A DNA stretch of 53,110 nucleotides, taken from Candidatus Nomurabacteria bacterium CG1_02_43_90. Its GTDB lineage: Bacteria > Patescibacteriota > Minisyncoccia > Phycocordibacterales > UBA1550. The DNA lies in NCBI GenBank assembly GCA_001871765.1, contig MNVN01000003.1, positions 1 to 53,110 of the forward strand, in the 5' to 3' direction. The translations under genes were made by a program, and so were the position numbers. Position 1 is the first letter of the stretch; each line of letters begins with the position of its first letter. The notes beneath the pieces are model-generated. The model made no database searches. It was not told the DNA's origin and worked only from the letters and a program-made list of their open reading frames with translations. This document shows positions 6,689 to 15,662 of the stretch, piece after piece.

Positions 6689-7993
6689 ATGAACGAGGAT
6701 TTTTTGAAAGATATTCAGAGTGTACATTTTATCGGTATCGGTGGTATCGGAGTCTCGGCGGTTGCGCGCTTAATGCTTACTCGCGGAGTAGAGGTTTCCG
6801 GATCTGATCGGGGAGCTTCGCTTATTACTGAAAAGCTTGAAAAGGAGGGCGCAAAAGTTTTTGTTGGTCACGATCATACGCAGGTACCAGAGGAGTGTGA
6901 TCTCGTGGTTTACTCACCTGCAATTGAAGACACTAACCCAGAACTTATCCTGGCCCATGAACGCGGAATGCAGACGCTCTCTTACCCCCAGGCACTCGGT
7001 ATGATTTCGCGCGGGATGCGTACGGTCGCAGTTTCTGGGACACACGGCAAGACTACGACTACGGCAATGACCGCCGAGGTGCTTGTTAGTGCGGGCAAAA
7101 GTCCGACGGTTATTGTAGGAAGTTTGCTCAAGTCAGGGACTAATTTTGTTGCGGGCACGAGCAATCTCTTTGTGGTCGAAGCATGTGAATACCGACGGTC
7201 ATTTTTAAATCTTTCACCAGAAATTTTAGTGATTACGAATATTGATAATGATCATCTTGATTATTACGGTACTATTGAAGGGGTGCAAAAGGCATTTGCA
7301 GAGATGGTAGAAAAAGTTCCTCGACAGGGGGCTATTGTATGTGATCCAAATGACGCGCGGGTTGCACCCGTGCTCATGAACGCGAAAGCGCGCATTGTTG
7401 ATTATACGAAAGAAAATCTCGCTGTAGTTCTCGCGGTCTCAGGTGAGCATAATATTAAAAATGCAAAAGCCGTACTTGCCGTCATGCGCGTCCTTGGTGT
7501 TGATCAAGGGGAAGCAGAGCACTTTTTAAAACAGTTTCAGGGTACATGGCGCCGTATGGAATACAAAGGAGAAACAAAAGGGGGAACGCCTGTGTATGAT
7601 GACTATGCACACCATCCCACAGAAGTCCGAGCGACACTTCAGGGTGCGCGAGCAAAATTTCCTGACGCACGTATTCGGGTGGTATTCCAGCCTCATCTGT
7701 ATTCTCGCACCAAGCTTTTACTGAATGACTTTGCGGTAAGTTTCGATGATGTCGACGAAGTGATTGTTGCCACGATTTATGCCGCACGTGAAGTGATTGA
7801 TCCGACGATATCTGCTGAAATTCTTGCACAGCATATTAGTGACGCGCAAAAAGTTTCCCACCTCCGCGTGTGGGCAATGCTTGATTTTTTGACGATTGAA
7901 AATTATTTGCGCGAAACGGCAAAAGAACATGACGTCATTATTACCATGGGTGCGGGGGATGTTTTTAAAGTAGGGGAGAGTATCTTGGGCTAA
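6689..7993 (+). CDS. murC: UDP-N-acetylmuramate--L-alanine ligase
   Basis: 434 aa with FIGIGGIGVSAVA and the P-loop AVSGTHGKTTTT. Confidence 0.92.
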   Translation: MNEDFLKDIQSVHFIGIGGIGVSAVARLMLTRGVEVSGSDRGASLITEKLEKEGAKVFVGHDHTQVPEECDLVVYSPAIEDTNPELILAHERGMQTLSYPQALGMISRGMRTVAVSGTHGKTTTTAMTAEVLVSAGKSPTVIVGSLLKSGTNFVAGTSNLFVVEACEYRRSFLNLSPEILVITNIDNDHLDYYGTIEGVQKAFAEMVEKVPRQGAIVCDPNDARVAPVLMNAKARIVDYTKENLAVVLAVSGEHNIKNAKAVLAVMRVLGVDQGEAEHFLKQFQGTWRRMEYKGETKGGTPVYDDYAHHPTEVRATLQGARAKFPDARIRVVFQPHLYSRTKLLLNDFAVSFDDVDEVIVATIYAAREVIDPTISAEILAQHISDAQKVSHLRVWAMLDFLTIENYLRETAKEHDVIITMGAGDVFKVGESILG

Positions 7994-7994
7994 T

Positions 7995-8459
7995 ATGGAT
8001 AAGCATCTGAGCTATTTTAAAGAGGCTACAATGGAGGTGCGTAAGGCGCTTTGTCTGCGTTCTCAGTGCGGTACTGTTATTGTGAATAGTGCAGGGGTGA
8101 TTATTGGAAGAGGATATAACGCACCACCACAGGATGATATTTCTCTACGGAGGTGTCATCGCAAGCATGAACTAGACGCTACTTTTAAATCTGACAAAAC
8201 ATGCTGTGTTCATGCGGAACAACGCGCGATAATGGACGCCCTCAGAAATAATACAGATAACATAAAAGGGTCAACACTATATTTCCTTCGTTTGGATGAA
8301 CAGGGCGAAATGAAGTCCTCAGGCAATCCGTACTGTACTATCTGTAGCAAAATGGCTCTTGATGTTGGTAGTAAATATTTTGTTTTGTATCACAAAGAGG
8401 GAATTGTTGTCTATGACACAAAAGAATATAACGAATTATCCTTTGCCTATAAGGAGTGA
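7995..8459 (+). CDS. dCMP/cytidine deaminase-family zinc enzyme
   Basis: CVHAEQRAI (H-A-E) and PCTICSKM (PCxxC) zinc-binding motifs, in 154 aa. Confidence 0.8.
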   Translation: MDKHLSYFKEATMEVRKALCLRSQCGTVIVNSAGVIIGRGYNAPPQDDISLRRCHRKHELDATFKSDKTCCVHAEQRAIMDALRNNTDNIKGSTLYFLRLDEQGEMKSSGNPYCTICSKMALDVGSKYFVLYHKEGIVVYDTKEYNELSFAYKE

Positions 8460-8491
8460 AGCGTGTGAGTTCAAAGTGTATACCTCCTATA

Positions 8492-8519
8492 TTGACAGAA
8501 AGTAAGAAAGTATTACAAT
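8492..8519 (+). promoter_or_regulatory. Promoter giving a leaderless or near-leaderless antitoxin mRNA
   Basis: TTGACA (8492-8497), 16-nt spacer, TACAAT (8514-8519), then only 7 nt to the ATG at 8527. No SD is present. Confidence 0.55.
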
Positions 8520-8526
8520 AAGAAAT

Positions 8527-8781
8527 ATGGCAAAAATGCTTAATTTTGAGAAGATTCAGCGAGTAACGAGCAAGGGGCAGATTACGCTTCCTGCTTTTTG
8601 GCGCAAGGAGTTTGGTACAAACCAGGTGGTCGTGACCACAAAGGGTGGTAAGGTGGAGATTTCTCCCGTACACCTCTCTCGTGAAGGCGAGTATACTGTT
8701 TTTGATGCCATACGTGACAATAAGGGAAAAGGGATTAAGGCGAAAGATCTCGTAAAAATGCTCGATAAGATTAATCGGTAG
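8527..8781 (+). CDS. AbrB/MazE (SpoVT-AbrB fold) type II antitoxin
   Basis: 84 aa. The N-terminal KGQITLPAFWRKEFG is the typical swapped-hairpin motif. It lies directly upstream of a RelE/ParE-like reading frame. Confidence 0.7.
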   Translation: MAKMLNFEKIQRVTSKGQITLPAFWRKEFGTNQVVVTTKGGKVEISPVHLSREGEYTVFDAIRDNKGKGIKAKDLVKMLDKINR

Positions 8782-8783
8782 TT

Positions 8784-9028
8784 ATGAATGAAATTGAGAA
8801 GCTTTTTCGGAAGATGAACAAAAAAATAGTCTCATTCTTCATGATGAGATAAACTCGCTTCTTCAAAAAAAGTACGAAAGGGGTAATATCAAGAAACTAC
8901 AAGGGAGCGATTTCTATCGTTTACGAAAGGGAAAGTTTCGAATTATTTTTCATTACGATGGGAAAGAGGAAATTGTTATTGATGCAGTTCGCGTAAAAAG
9001 CGACGATACCTATAAAGATTTTATATAA
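8784..9028 (+). pseudogene. RelE/ParE-family toxin, interrupted by a -1 frame change in an A7 run
   Basis: The ATG at 8784 gives MNEIEKLFRKMNKK.., which stops at 8850-8852. The -1 frame continues as NSLILHDEINSLL..KLQGSDFYRLRKGKFRIIFHYDG..IVIDAVRVKSDDTYKDF to the TAA at 9026-9028. The total length of 245 nt is not a multiple of 3. Confidence 0.6.
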
Positions 9029-9032
9029 TACT

Positions 9033-9743
9033 ATGGCAACCCTCTATATTATTGGTACCCCTATTGGCAACCTCGAGGATATCACTTTGCGTGCGCTTCG
9101 TATCCTCAAAGAAGTTGATGTAGTTTTGTGTGAGGACACACGCGTGACCAAGCGACTCCTCTCAAAATATGAAATCACGACGCTAACGATGAGCTATCAT
9201 GCACAATCGAAACTTGCGAAGGTGGATAAAATTTTGGCGCTTCTCGAGGAAGGCAAGAACCTGGCTCTTGTTTCTGATGCCGGTACCCCTTGTATTTCTG
9301 ACCCTGGCTCACTCCTTCTTGCTCAGGTGCGCGAGAAATTTGGCGACGAAGTTGCCCTCGTTCCTATTCCTGGCCCATCCGCTATCATTACCGCTCTTTC
9401 TTCTGCGGGGATCTCTGTCGCAGAGTTTACGTTTCTTGGGTTCCTCCCTCACAAAAAAGGGCGTGAGACGTTATTTAAGGAAATAGCGCAATCAGAACGC
9501 GTGATGGTCTTTTATGAATCAACTCACCGTATTCTTAAGGCACTTGAGTCTCTTGAGAAGTTTTGTGGGCCCGAACGCGAGATCATTGTGGCACGCGAAT
9601 TAACCAAAATATATGAGGAATTTGCACGAGGTACTGTCGCTGGTGTGCAGGCACACTTCGCAAAAAAAGCCGACCGTGTCCGCGGTGAATTTGTCGTAAT
9701 TGTGGAGGGTAAGCAGGACCATAAATCCTCAAAGGGCGAATAA
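9033..9743 (+). CDS. rsmI: 16S rRNA (cytidine1402-2'-O)-methyltransferase
   Basis: LYIIGTPIGNLEDITLRALRILKEVDVVLCEDTR is the hallmark tetrapyrrole-methylase-fold N-terminus of RsmI. 236 aa. Confidence 0.88.
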   Translation: MATLYIIGTPIGNLEDITLRALRILKEVDVVLCEDTRVTKRLLSKYEITTLTMSYHAQSKLAKVDKILALLEEGKNLALVSDAGTPCISDPGSLLLAQVREKFGDEVALVPIPGPSAIITALSSAGISVAEFTFLGFLPHKKGRETLFKEIAQSERVMVFYESTHRILKALESLEKFCGPEREIIVARELTKIYEEFARGTVAGVQAHFAKKADRVRGEFVVIVEGKQDHKSSKGE

Positions 9744-9781
9744 CTCTTGAACAATACCATCATTTCCTGTATCCTACCCTT

Positions 9782-10021
9782 ATGTCAAAACATACACTAA
9801 TTATTTTTCTCGGTATCTTCATTGTCGTAGTTGCCCTCGGTGGTTTTCCTTCATGGGCACGCACAACACTTCTTGTGCTAAGCGGAATCGCCGTTATTGT
9901 GTTTGCATACCTTTCTTCAGTTGTTTACTGTAGTAACTGTAAAAAGCTTATTGATGAGGCTGACCAAGTACTCCTTGTTTCGCCTGCATCAAGTGAGATA
10001 ACTTCAAACCCAACACAATGA
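9782..10021 (+). CDS. Hypothetical small membrane protein
   Basis: 79 aa with two hydrophobic helices. Its stop overlaps the next start in an ATGA arrangement at 10018-10021. Confidence 0.4.
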   Translation: MSKHTLIIFLGIFIVVVALGGFPSWARTTLLVLSGIAVIVFAYLSSVVYCSNCKKLIDEADQVLLVSPASSEITSNPTQ

Positions 10022-11283
10022 AGCGGGGATATGCATATTGGGGAATAGGGGCTGGGGTTCTTTTTGTCGGATTGTTTTCCACTTTTTATTTTTTTGCTCC
10101 CGCATTTTCTTCGGTGGGATATGGTACGGACCAAGCGCGTATTAAAGGTGATGCGACCGTTGCTATAACCTCTGAAAAAATCGCAACAAGCACAGAAGAA
10201 CGTTTTGTGGCAACACATGTGAAAACTCCCGAAGCAGTAAAAGCGATTTACATGACAGCATGTGTGGCAACGATGCCAAGTTTCCGCGAGAAGCTCGTGA
10301 AGATTGCTGATACTACCGAAGTGAACAGTATCATTATTGACGTGAAAGATTTTAGCGGTACGATTGCATTCAAACCAGAAGACCCTCTTTTGAAAGATAA
10401 TACGGGAACTGGTTGTCGCACTAAAGATTTGCGTGAGTTTATTGCGGAGCTTCACCAAAAAGGAATTTATACGATTGCCCGCATTACGGTGTTTCAAGAT
10501 CCTTACTATACCAAAGCGCACCCTGACCTTGCGGTACATAAAAAGAGCGACGGGAGTACGTGGAAAGATCGCAAAGGTTTGAGCTTTGTTGATGTGAGCG
10601 CGAAGCCATATTGGGATTATGTGGTAGCGCTTGGTAAAGAGTCGTACGCCCTTGGTTTCGATGAACTTAATTTTGATTATATACGGTTTCCTTCGGATGG
10701 TGATATGAAGGACATTGAGTTTACGTGGAGCAAAGGTATGGGCAAAGCAGAGGCTCTCGAGCATTTTTTTGCCTACCTTCATGATGCACTCAAGGACACA
10801 GGAGTAAAGACCTCTGCCGATCTTTTTGGTATGACGGCAACAAATACGGATGATTTGAATATTGGGCAAGTCCTCGAGAGGGTGATGCCGTACTTTGACT
10901 ATGTGTCACCGATGGTATATCCGTCACACTACCCATCTCATTTTAATGGATGGGCAAACCTCAATGATCATGTGTATGATGTGGTGCACTACTCGATGAG
11001 CCGGGCGGCACTCCGCGCCGTAGCAACGACGACTCCTGTAGAGCATTTGGGTGGTATGCGTATCGGCACCTCTACTCCAGCTACGTATACTAAAGAATCC
11101 TATGATAAAAATAAACTCCGTCCATGGTTGCAAGACTTTAACTATGGTGGCACCTATGGTCCCACAGAAGTCCGCGCGCAGATTCAGGCGACGTATGACT
11201 CTGGTTTGAACTCATGGCTCCTTTGGGATCCAAAAAATGTATATACGGCCGCAGCCTTGAAGGGGGAAGGTGGTGGTCAGTAG
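10018..11283 (+). CDS. Putative glycoside hydrolase (DUF4015-like TIM barrel), membrane anchored
   Basis: 421 aa with an N-terminal TM segment. Blocks VKAIYMTA, IIIDVKDFSG, GIYTIARITVFQD and LNFDYIRFP resemble the putative glycosyl hydrolase family. Confidence 0.65.
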   Translation: MKRGYAYWGIGAGVLFVGLFSTFYFFAPAFSSVGYGTDQARIKGDATVAITSEKIATSTEERFVATHVKTPEAVKAIYMTACVATMPSFREKLVKIADTTEVNSIIIDVKDFSGTIAFKPEDPLLKDNTGTGCRTKDLREFIAELHQKGIYTIARITVFQDPYYTKAHPDLAVHKKSDGSTWKDRKGLSFVDVSAKPYWDYVVALGKESYALGFDELNFDYIRFPSDGDMKDIEFTWSKGMGKAEALEHFFAYLHDALKDTGVKTSADLFGMTATNTDDLNIGQVLERVMPYFDYVSPMVYPSHYPSHFNGWANLNDHVYDVVHYSMSRAALRAVATTTPVEHLGGMRIGTSTPATYTKESYDKNKLRPWLQDFNYGGTYGPTEVRAQIQATYDSGLNSWLLWDPKNVYTAAALKGEGGGQ

Positions 11284-11318
11284 TTTTTAGGTTTTAGAAA
11301 ATATGGGAAGGGTAGGTG

Positions 11319-11361
11319 AAATACACAGGGCGGTTGGCTTCGCCAACCGCCCTGTGTATTT
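11319..11361 (+). terminator. Rho-independent terminator
   Basis: AAATACACAGGGCGGTTGG-cttcg-CCAACCGCCCTGTGTATTT followed by TTTATTTT. Confidence 0.7.
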
Positions 11362-11417
11362 TTATTTTGTTACTGATTGGTGGTATACTTTAACCATTCA
11401 CTAATCACTATCGACTA

Positions 11418-13532
11418 GTGGCTACTAACTACCCCATGTACCTCTACGATAAAAATCGCATCACGTATTTTGCAGAGACGGACCGTCGCAATAAACGCAT
11501 TCCTTTTGGTATCAAAGCAGAAGACCGCACGCGCCACATGTATATCATTGGGAAGACGGGTATGGGGAAGTCTACCTGCATTGAAAACATGGTCGTGCAA
11601 GATATTCGGAATGGGGAAGGGTTTGCTTTCATTGACCCGCACGGCAAGTCTGCCGCGCTTCTCCTTGATTATATCCCGGAGGACCGCTTGAAAGATGTGG
11701 TGTACTTTGCACCGTTTGATGTTGATAACCCGATCTCTTTTAACGTGATGGAGGATGTGGGTCCTGACAAACGCCACCTCGTTGCAAACGGTCTCATGAG
11801 TGCCTTCAAAAAGATTTGGGGGCCGGAAACTTTTTCTGCACGTATGGAGTACATTCTCATGAATGCCCTCCTTGCGCTCCTTGAGTACCCTGAGTCAACA
11901 CTTCTGGGGGTGAGTCGTATGCTTACGGACAAGGTCTATCGAAAGAAGATTGTTGATAACGTGAAAGACCCCTCGGTACGCGCATACTGGGTTGATGAAT
12001 TTGCAAAATACAGCGAGAACTATGCAAAGGAAGCCGTTCCTGGTATCCAAAACAAACTCGGTCAATTTACTTCAAACCCTCTCATTCGTAACATTATCGG
12101 ACAACCAAAATCATCTTTTGATTTACGCAAGATGATGGATGAACGCAAGATTTTGATCGTGAATCTCTCGAAGGGGCAACTCGGGGAAGGGAATGCCGCT
12201 CTTTTAGGAGGTATGATTATTACTAAGATTTATCTTGCCGCAATGTCGCGCGCAGATTTGACGGAAGGAGAGCTGAAAAAGCTCCCTAATTTTTATATGT
12301 ATGTGGACGAATTCCAGTCCTTTGCGAATGAATCTTTTGCTGATATTTTGTCGGAGGCACGTAAGTATAAACTTGCACTTACCGTCGCACACCAATACAT
12401 CAAACAGATGGATGAAAAAGTTGCGGATGCAGTTTTTGGTAACGTGGGCACCCAAATCATGTTTCGTGTTGGCGCACCTGATGCAGAGGTCTTGGAAAAA
12501 GAATATGCACCCGTGTTTACCGCGGAGGACATGGTGAGTCTCGGTTTTACACAGATATACTTGAAGCTCATGATCGACGGTGTTGCCTCGCATCCTTTTT
12601 CTGCGGTGACGTTGGGGCCTATCGCTCCTCCTAAAAAATCTTTGCGCGAAGAAGCACTCGCTCTGTCCCGTTCTTCGTATGGTCGCCATCGAGAAGAAGT
12701 CGAAAAGGCCATCGCTGATTGGTATATGTCGGGGGGTAGTGAGGGTTCATCTGAGCCCACTCGCGAGCGACCTGACTCACGTGGAGAGCATGCACCACGT
12801 CCAAGCACACAGCCTTCACGAGCCCCTATTTCTCCTGTCGATGCTGAGGCTATTCGTGAACGGTACTCTGCGCAACCTCGCCAGAATGTTGCCGTTACTG
12901 AAAAACAACATCAGTCACCACAAAGTCCTGCAAAACACCAAGCATCATCGACAAAACCTGGAGAAAAAACTTCGAAAGGGCTACCCGATTCAATAAGTGC
13001 TTTGCAAAAACAAGGAATTCCGGTATCTAAAAATATTGAAACAAGTGGACCTTCTTCAGCAAAGATGTCATTTCAGAACGATAAGCTCGAGAAACCCTTT
13101 GCTCAGGCATTTAAAGATTTACCTAAAATCGATGAACTTGAAGGTCAGATAAGGGAAAATGAAGAGCCTCAGTCGGTGAGTCTTTCGGCTCTCGCACAAC
13201 CAGCTTCAGGGAATAAAAATGGAGTGATTGATTTTACAAAAAATAAAAATCCGCGACCAGAGAGCTTGGGAAGTTTGAAGGCAGCACTCGCTGATGTTTT
13301 AGTGAAGGAAAAGAAATCAACGATACCACCACTTCCTTCAACCCCCAACAAAACCTTTGTTAACGATGAAGCAAAGCACGACCTTCCCGAAAAGAATAAA
13401 GAAGAAGATGTTTCCTCAGAGAAAAAACAAGATATTTTTAGAGAGCCAGTTCCTCCAGAAAAAAAAGAAGAGTCAAAAGTAAAAGAGGTCCCCGAGGATG
13501 TCCTTATGGCACTTTTGCGCGGAGATAACTAA
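11418..13532 (+). CDS. VirD4/TraD-like type IV coupling-protein-family P-loop ATPase with a long low-complexity C-terminal tail
   Basis: Walker A GKTGMGKST and a Walker B-like YMYVDEFQSF. The conserved ARKYKLALTVAHQY block is typical of TraD/TraG DNA-transfer ATPases. The last ~270 aa are S/P/K/E-rich. The start (GTG 11418 versus ATG 11436) is uncertain. Confidence 0.75.
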   Translation: MATNYPMYLYDKNRITYFAETDRRNKRIPFGIKAEDRTRHMYIIGKTGMGKSTCIENMVVQDIRNGEGFAFIDPHGKSAALLLDYIPEDRLKDVVYFAPFDVDNPISFNVMEDVGPDKRHLVANGLMSAFKKIWGPETFSARMEYILMNALLALLEYPESTLLGVSRMLTDKVYRKKIVDNVKDPSVRAYWVDEFAKYSENYAKEAVPGIQNKLGQFTSNPLIRNIIGQPKSSFDLRKMMDERKILIVNLSKGQLGEGNAALLGGMIITKIYLAAMSRADLTEGELKKLPNFYMYVDEFQSFANESFADILSEARKYKLALTVAHQYIKQMDEKVADAVFGNVGTQIMFRVGAPDAEVLEKEYAPVFTAEDMVSLGFTQIYLKLMIDGVASHPFSAVTLGPIAPPKKSLREEALALSRSSYGRHREEVEKAIADWYMSGGSEGSSEPTRERPDSRGEHAPRPSTQPSRAPISPVDAEAIRERYSAQPRQNVAVTEKQHQSPQSPAKHQASSTKPGEKTSKGLPDSISALQKQGIPVSKNIETSGPSSAKMSFQNDKLEKPFAQAFKDLPKIDELEGQIRENEEPQSVSLSALAQPASGNKNGVIDFTKNKNPRPESLGSLKAALADVLVKEKKSTIPPLPSTPNKTFVNDEAKHDLPEKNKEEDVSSEKKQDIFREPVPPEKKEESKVKEVPEDVLMALLRGDN

Positions 13533-13533
13533 C

Positions 13534-14973
13534 ATGAGAACGATTGGAGCCACTTTATTTTTTCTTTTTGCATTTGTTGGTCACGTCTCTGCTTCCGTTG
13601 TTATTAACGAGATCGCATGGATGGGTACTGCTGTCTCCCCGTCGAATGAATGGATAGAAATTGCGAACACGGGGAATACACCAAGTGATCTTAATGGATG
13701 GACACTCTCTCTCGAAGGGAAAAAAGACATTATTCTTTCGGGGAGTATTGCAGGAGGAGGGTATTATTTGATCGAGCGTACTGATGACACTACGGTACCA
13801 AATATTCCTGCTGACCTCATTTCATCATTTGGTACCGGGATACCGAATACCGGAGCGGTGCTCTCACTTAAAGATACACAAGGTACCGTAGTTGACCGCG
13901 TAGACGGCTCGAATGGTTGGAATATTGGCGGTAATATAGCGGGGGACAATACGACCAAGGAGACAGCACAGCGTGGGGCGAATGGTTGGTACACCAGCGC
14001 TCCTACACCGCGAGCACTAAATGGAGGAGCCCAAAATAATATTGTCACGAATAGTCCTTCGGTCACGGACAATACTACGAATACTACGCCCTTCGCATCA
14101 CCATCTTCAATAAGCGCTTCGTTTCCTGTTGACCCACAAATTTTTGCAGATGCAGGGACGAGAGAGCGCACGATTTCAGCAGGCGCAACCGTCACTTTCC
14201 TAGGTCGCGTATTTGGACTCAAAAAAGAACCTATCGAAAATGCACGCATATCATGGTCGTTTGGTGACGGAGGAATGACGGATGGTACAAGTGTCTCTCA
14301 TATTTTTTATTACCCTGGGGACTATATCGTAGTTTTGGATGCTTCTTCTGGATACTACAGTGCTTCGGATCGTGTATCTGTTCATGTGGTGACACCTGTC
14401 CTTTCTTTACGCACGGGCGGTGACGAAGCGCGCTCTTTTATTGCGCTTGAAAATGAAGGAAGCGATGAAGTTGATTTGTCTCTCTGGCAGATTGAAGGTG
14501 CAGGAAAAATTTTTATACTTCCGCAACACACGATTGTAGGGGCGCGGAAAACGCTCACGCTTCCTTCTGAGATTACCGGGATCGTATCGCCAAAAGAAAG
14601 CATTGTTTTTCTTCGTTTCCCAAATGGTACACGAGTTGAACCTAACCAGTATCTTGCTCCGCCTACTCCCGCACAAAAAATGAAGGTTGAGACCATTCCA
14701 ACATCTCAAGCCTCCGCTGTTGTTTCGCGTACGGTACTTTCTGATACAGAGAACGCCTCACAAGAAGCTGTTGCAATAGGTGCTTTTGACGACACTACTC
14801 CTTCCCTTGAGGGTGCTACCACCGAACGCCTATGGCCATGGTATGTAGGCGCTGCTTTCTTGGCCCTTTTTGCAATCGTCGGCGCACATTTTGCGCGTGA
14901 ACAAAAAAACGACGAAAAACGACGCCTTACCGCGGATGATTTTGAGATTGAGGAGGATAAAGACCCTTTTTAG
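13534..14973 (+). CDS. Secreted lamin-tail-domain (LTD) + PKD-domain protein with a C-terminal membrane anchor
   Basis: Signal-like MRTIGATLFFLFAFVGHVSA. LTD signature VVINEIAWMG..NEWIEIANTG..LNGWTL. PKD-like SWSFGDGG..YPGDYIVVLDA. C-terminal hydrophobic helix. I chose ATG 13534 over the upstream ORF-track start at 13498. Confidence 0.75.
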   Translation: MRTIGATLFFLFAFVGHVSASVVINEIAWMGTAVSPSNEWIEIANTGNTPSDLNGWTLSLEGKKDIILSGSIAGGGYYLIERTDDTTVPNIPADLISSFGTGIPNTGAVLSLKDTQGTVVDRVDGSNGWNIGGNIAGDNTTKETAQRGANGWYTSAPTPRALNGGAQNNIVTNSPSVTDNTTNTTPFASPSSISASFPVDPQIFADAGTRERTISAGATVTFLGRVFGLKKEPIENARISWSFGDGGMTDGTSVSHIFYYPGDYIVVLDASSGYYSASDRVSVHVVTPVLSLRTGGDEARSFIALENEGSDEVDLSLWQIEGAGKIFILPQHTIVGARKTLTLPSEITGIVSPKESIVFLRFPNGTRVEPNQYLAPPTPAQKMKVETIPTSQASAVVSRTVLSDTENASQEAVAIGAFDDTTPSLEGATTERLWPWYVGAAFLALFAIVGAHFAREQKNDEKRRLTADDFEIEEDKDPF

Positions 14974-15031
14974 TAAACTCTGGTTTTTTTGTCTAATGTG
15001 TGGTATTTTTTCGGTAGTTGTTTTTTAGATA

Positions 15032-15610
15032 ATGAAGGGGGTTAAGATGACTGCGAACAAAGAGCCACAACCGCATCTTTCACGGAAGATAAGAGCTTCC
15101 TTGGACAAGGTATGGTGTCTGTGGAGAACCATCAATGAAATAAAACGAGATATTGTTTCTTCTTGCCTTGTGTACCGCTTGTATCATTGTTGCATGTTGT
15201 CGTTTTTCTTGCAAAGATTCGCGCGCGAAAAACGGGAGCTTTTTAAACTGATCGAAGATGAGAGTCACAACGATTTCCATCTGGTATTTTTTCTGGAGAT
15301 TGGCGAAGTTCTCTATTCTGTCGGGGAGTTTGAAGAAGCAATCAAATGTTTTGACAAGGTGATTAAGGGTATTGGATATTACAATTTTGATGCCAGCGTG
15401 CAAGCAATCATGGGGAAAATTGAGAGTGAGATTGCGCTTCACGAGTGGGACATTTTTAGGAGCTCTAAAGTTTTGTCAGAAATCGCACACCTTTGCGACA
15501 CGGTTAGGCAGGATCTTCGTGTGGTGAGCGATGAAGTCCGCTTTCTTACTGAGAAGCGCCTTACACATATTGTGTCGCTTATAGAGAACAATTATAGGCT
15601 CAGTGTTTGA
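15032..15610 (+). CDS. Hypothetical helical (TPR-like) protein
   Basis: 192-aa ORF with no recognisable family. An alternative start at 15047 is preceded by AAGGGGG. Confidence 0.45.
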   Translation: MKGVKMTANKEPQPHLSRKIRASLDKVWCLWRTINEIKRDIVSSCLVYRLYHCCMLSFFLQRFAREKRELFKLIEDESHNDFHLVFFLEIGEVLYSVGEFEEAIKCFDKVIKGIGYYNFDASVQAIMGKIESEIALHEWDIFRSSKVLSEIAHLCDTVRQDLRVVSDEVRFLTEKRLTHIVSLIENNYRLSV

Positions 15611-15662
15611 TCATTCAGTTCTTGTACGATCGCCGGACTTATCCAGCGGTTTTTTTGTTGGT

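Noticed and set aside
9925-10869. Long antisense ORFs, for example 9925-10869(-), 12204-12808(-), 13764-14249(-), 33522-33839(-) and 48130-48681(-)
   Set aside because: Each lies opposite a gene with clear family motifs. Their translations are low-complexity or Cys/Arg/Ser-rich with no recognisable domains, so they are typical shadow ORFs.
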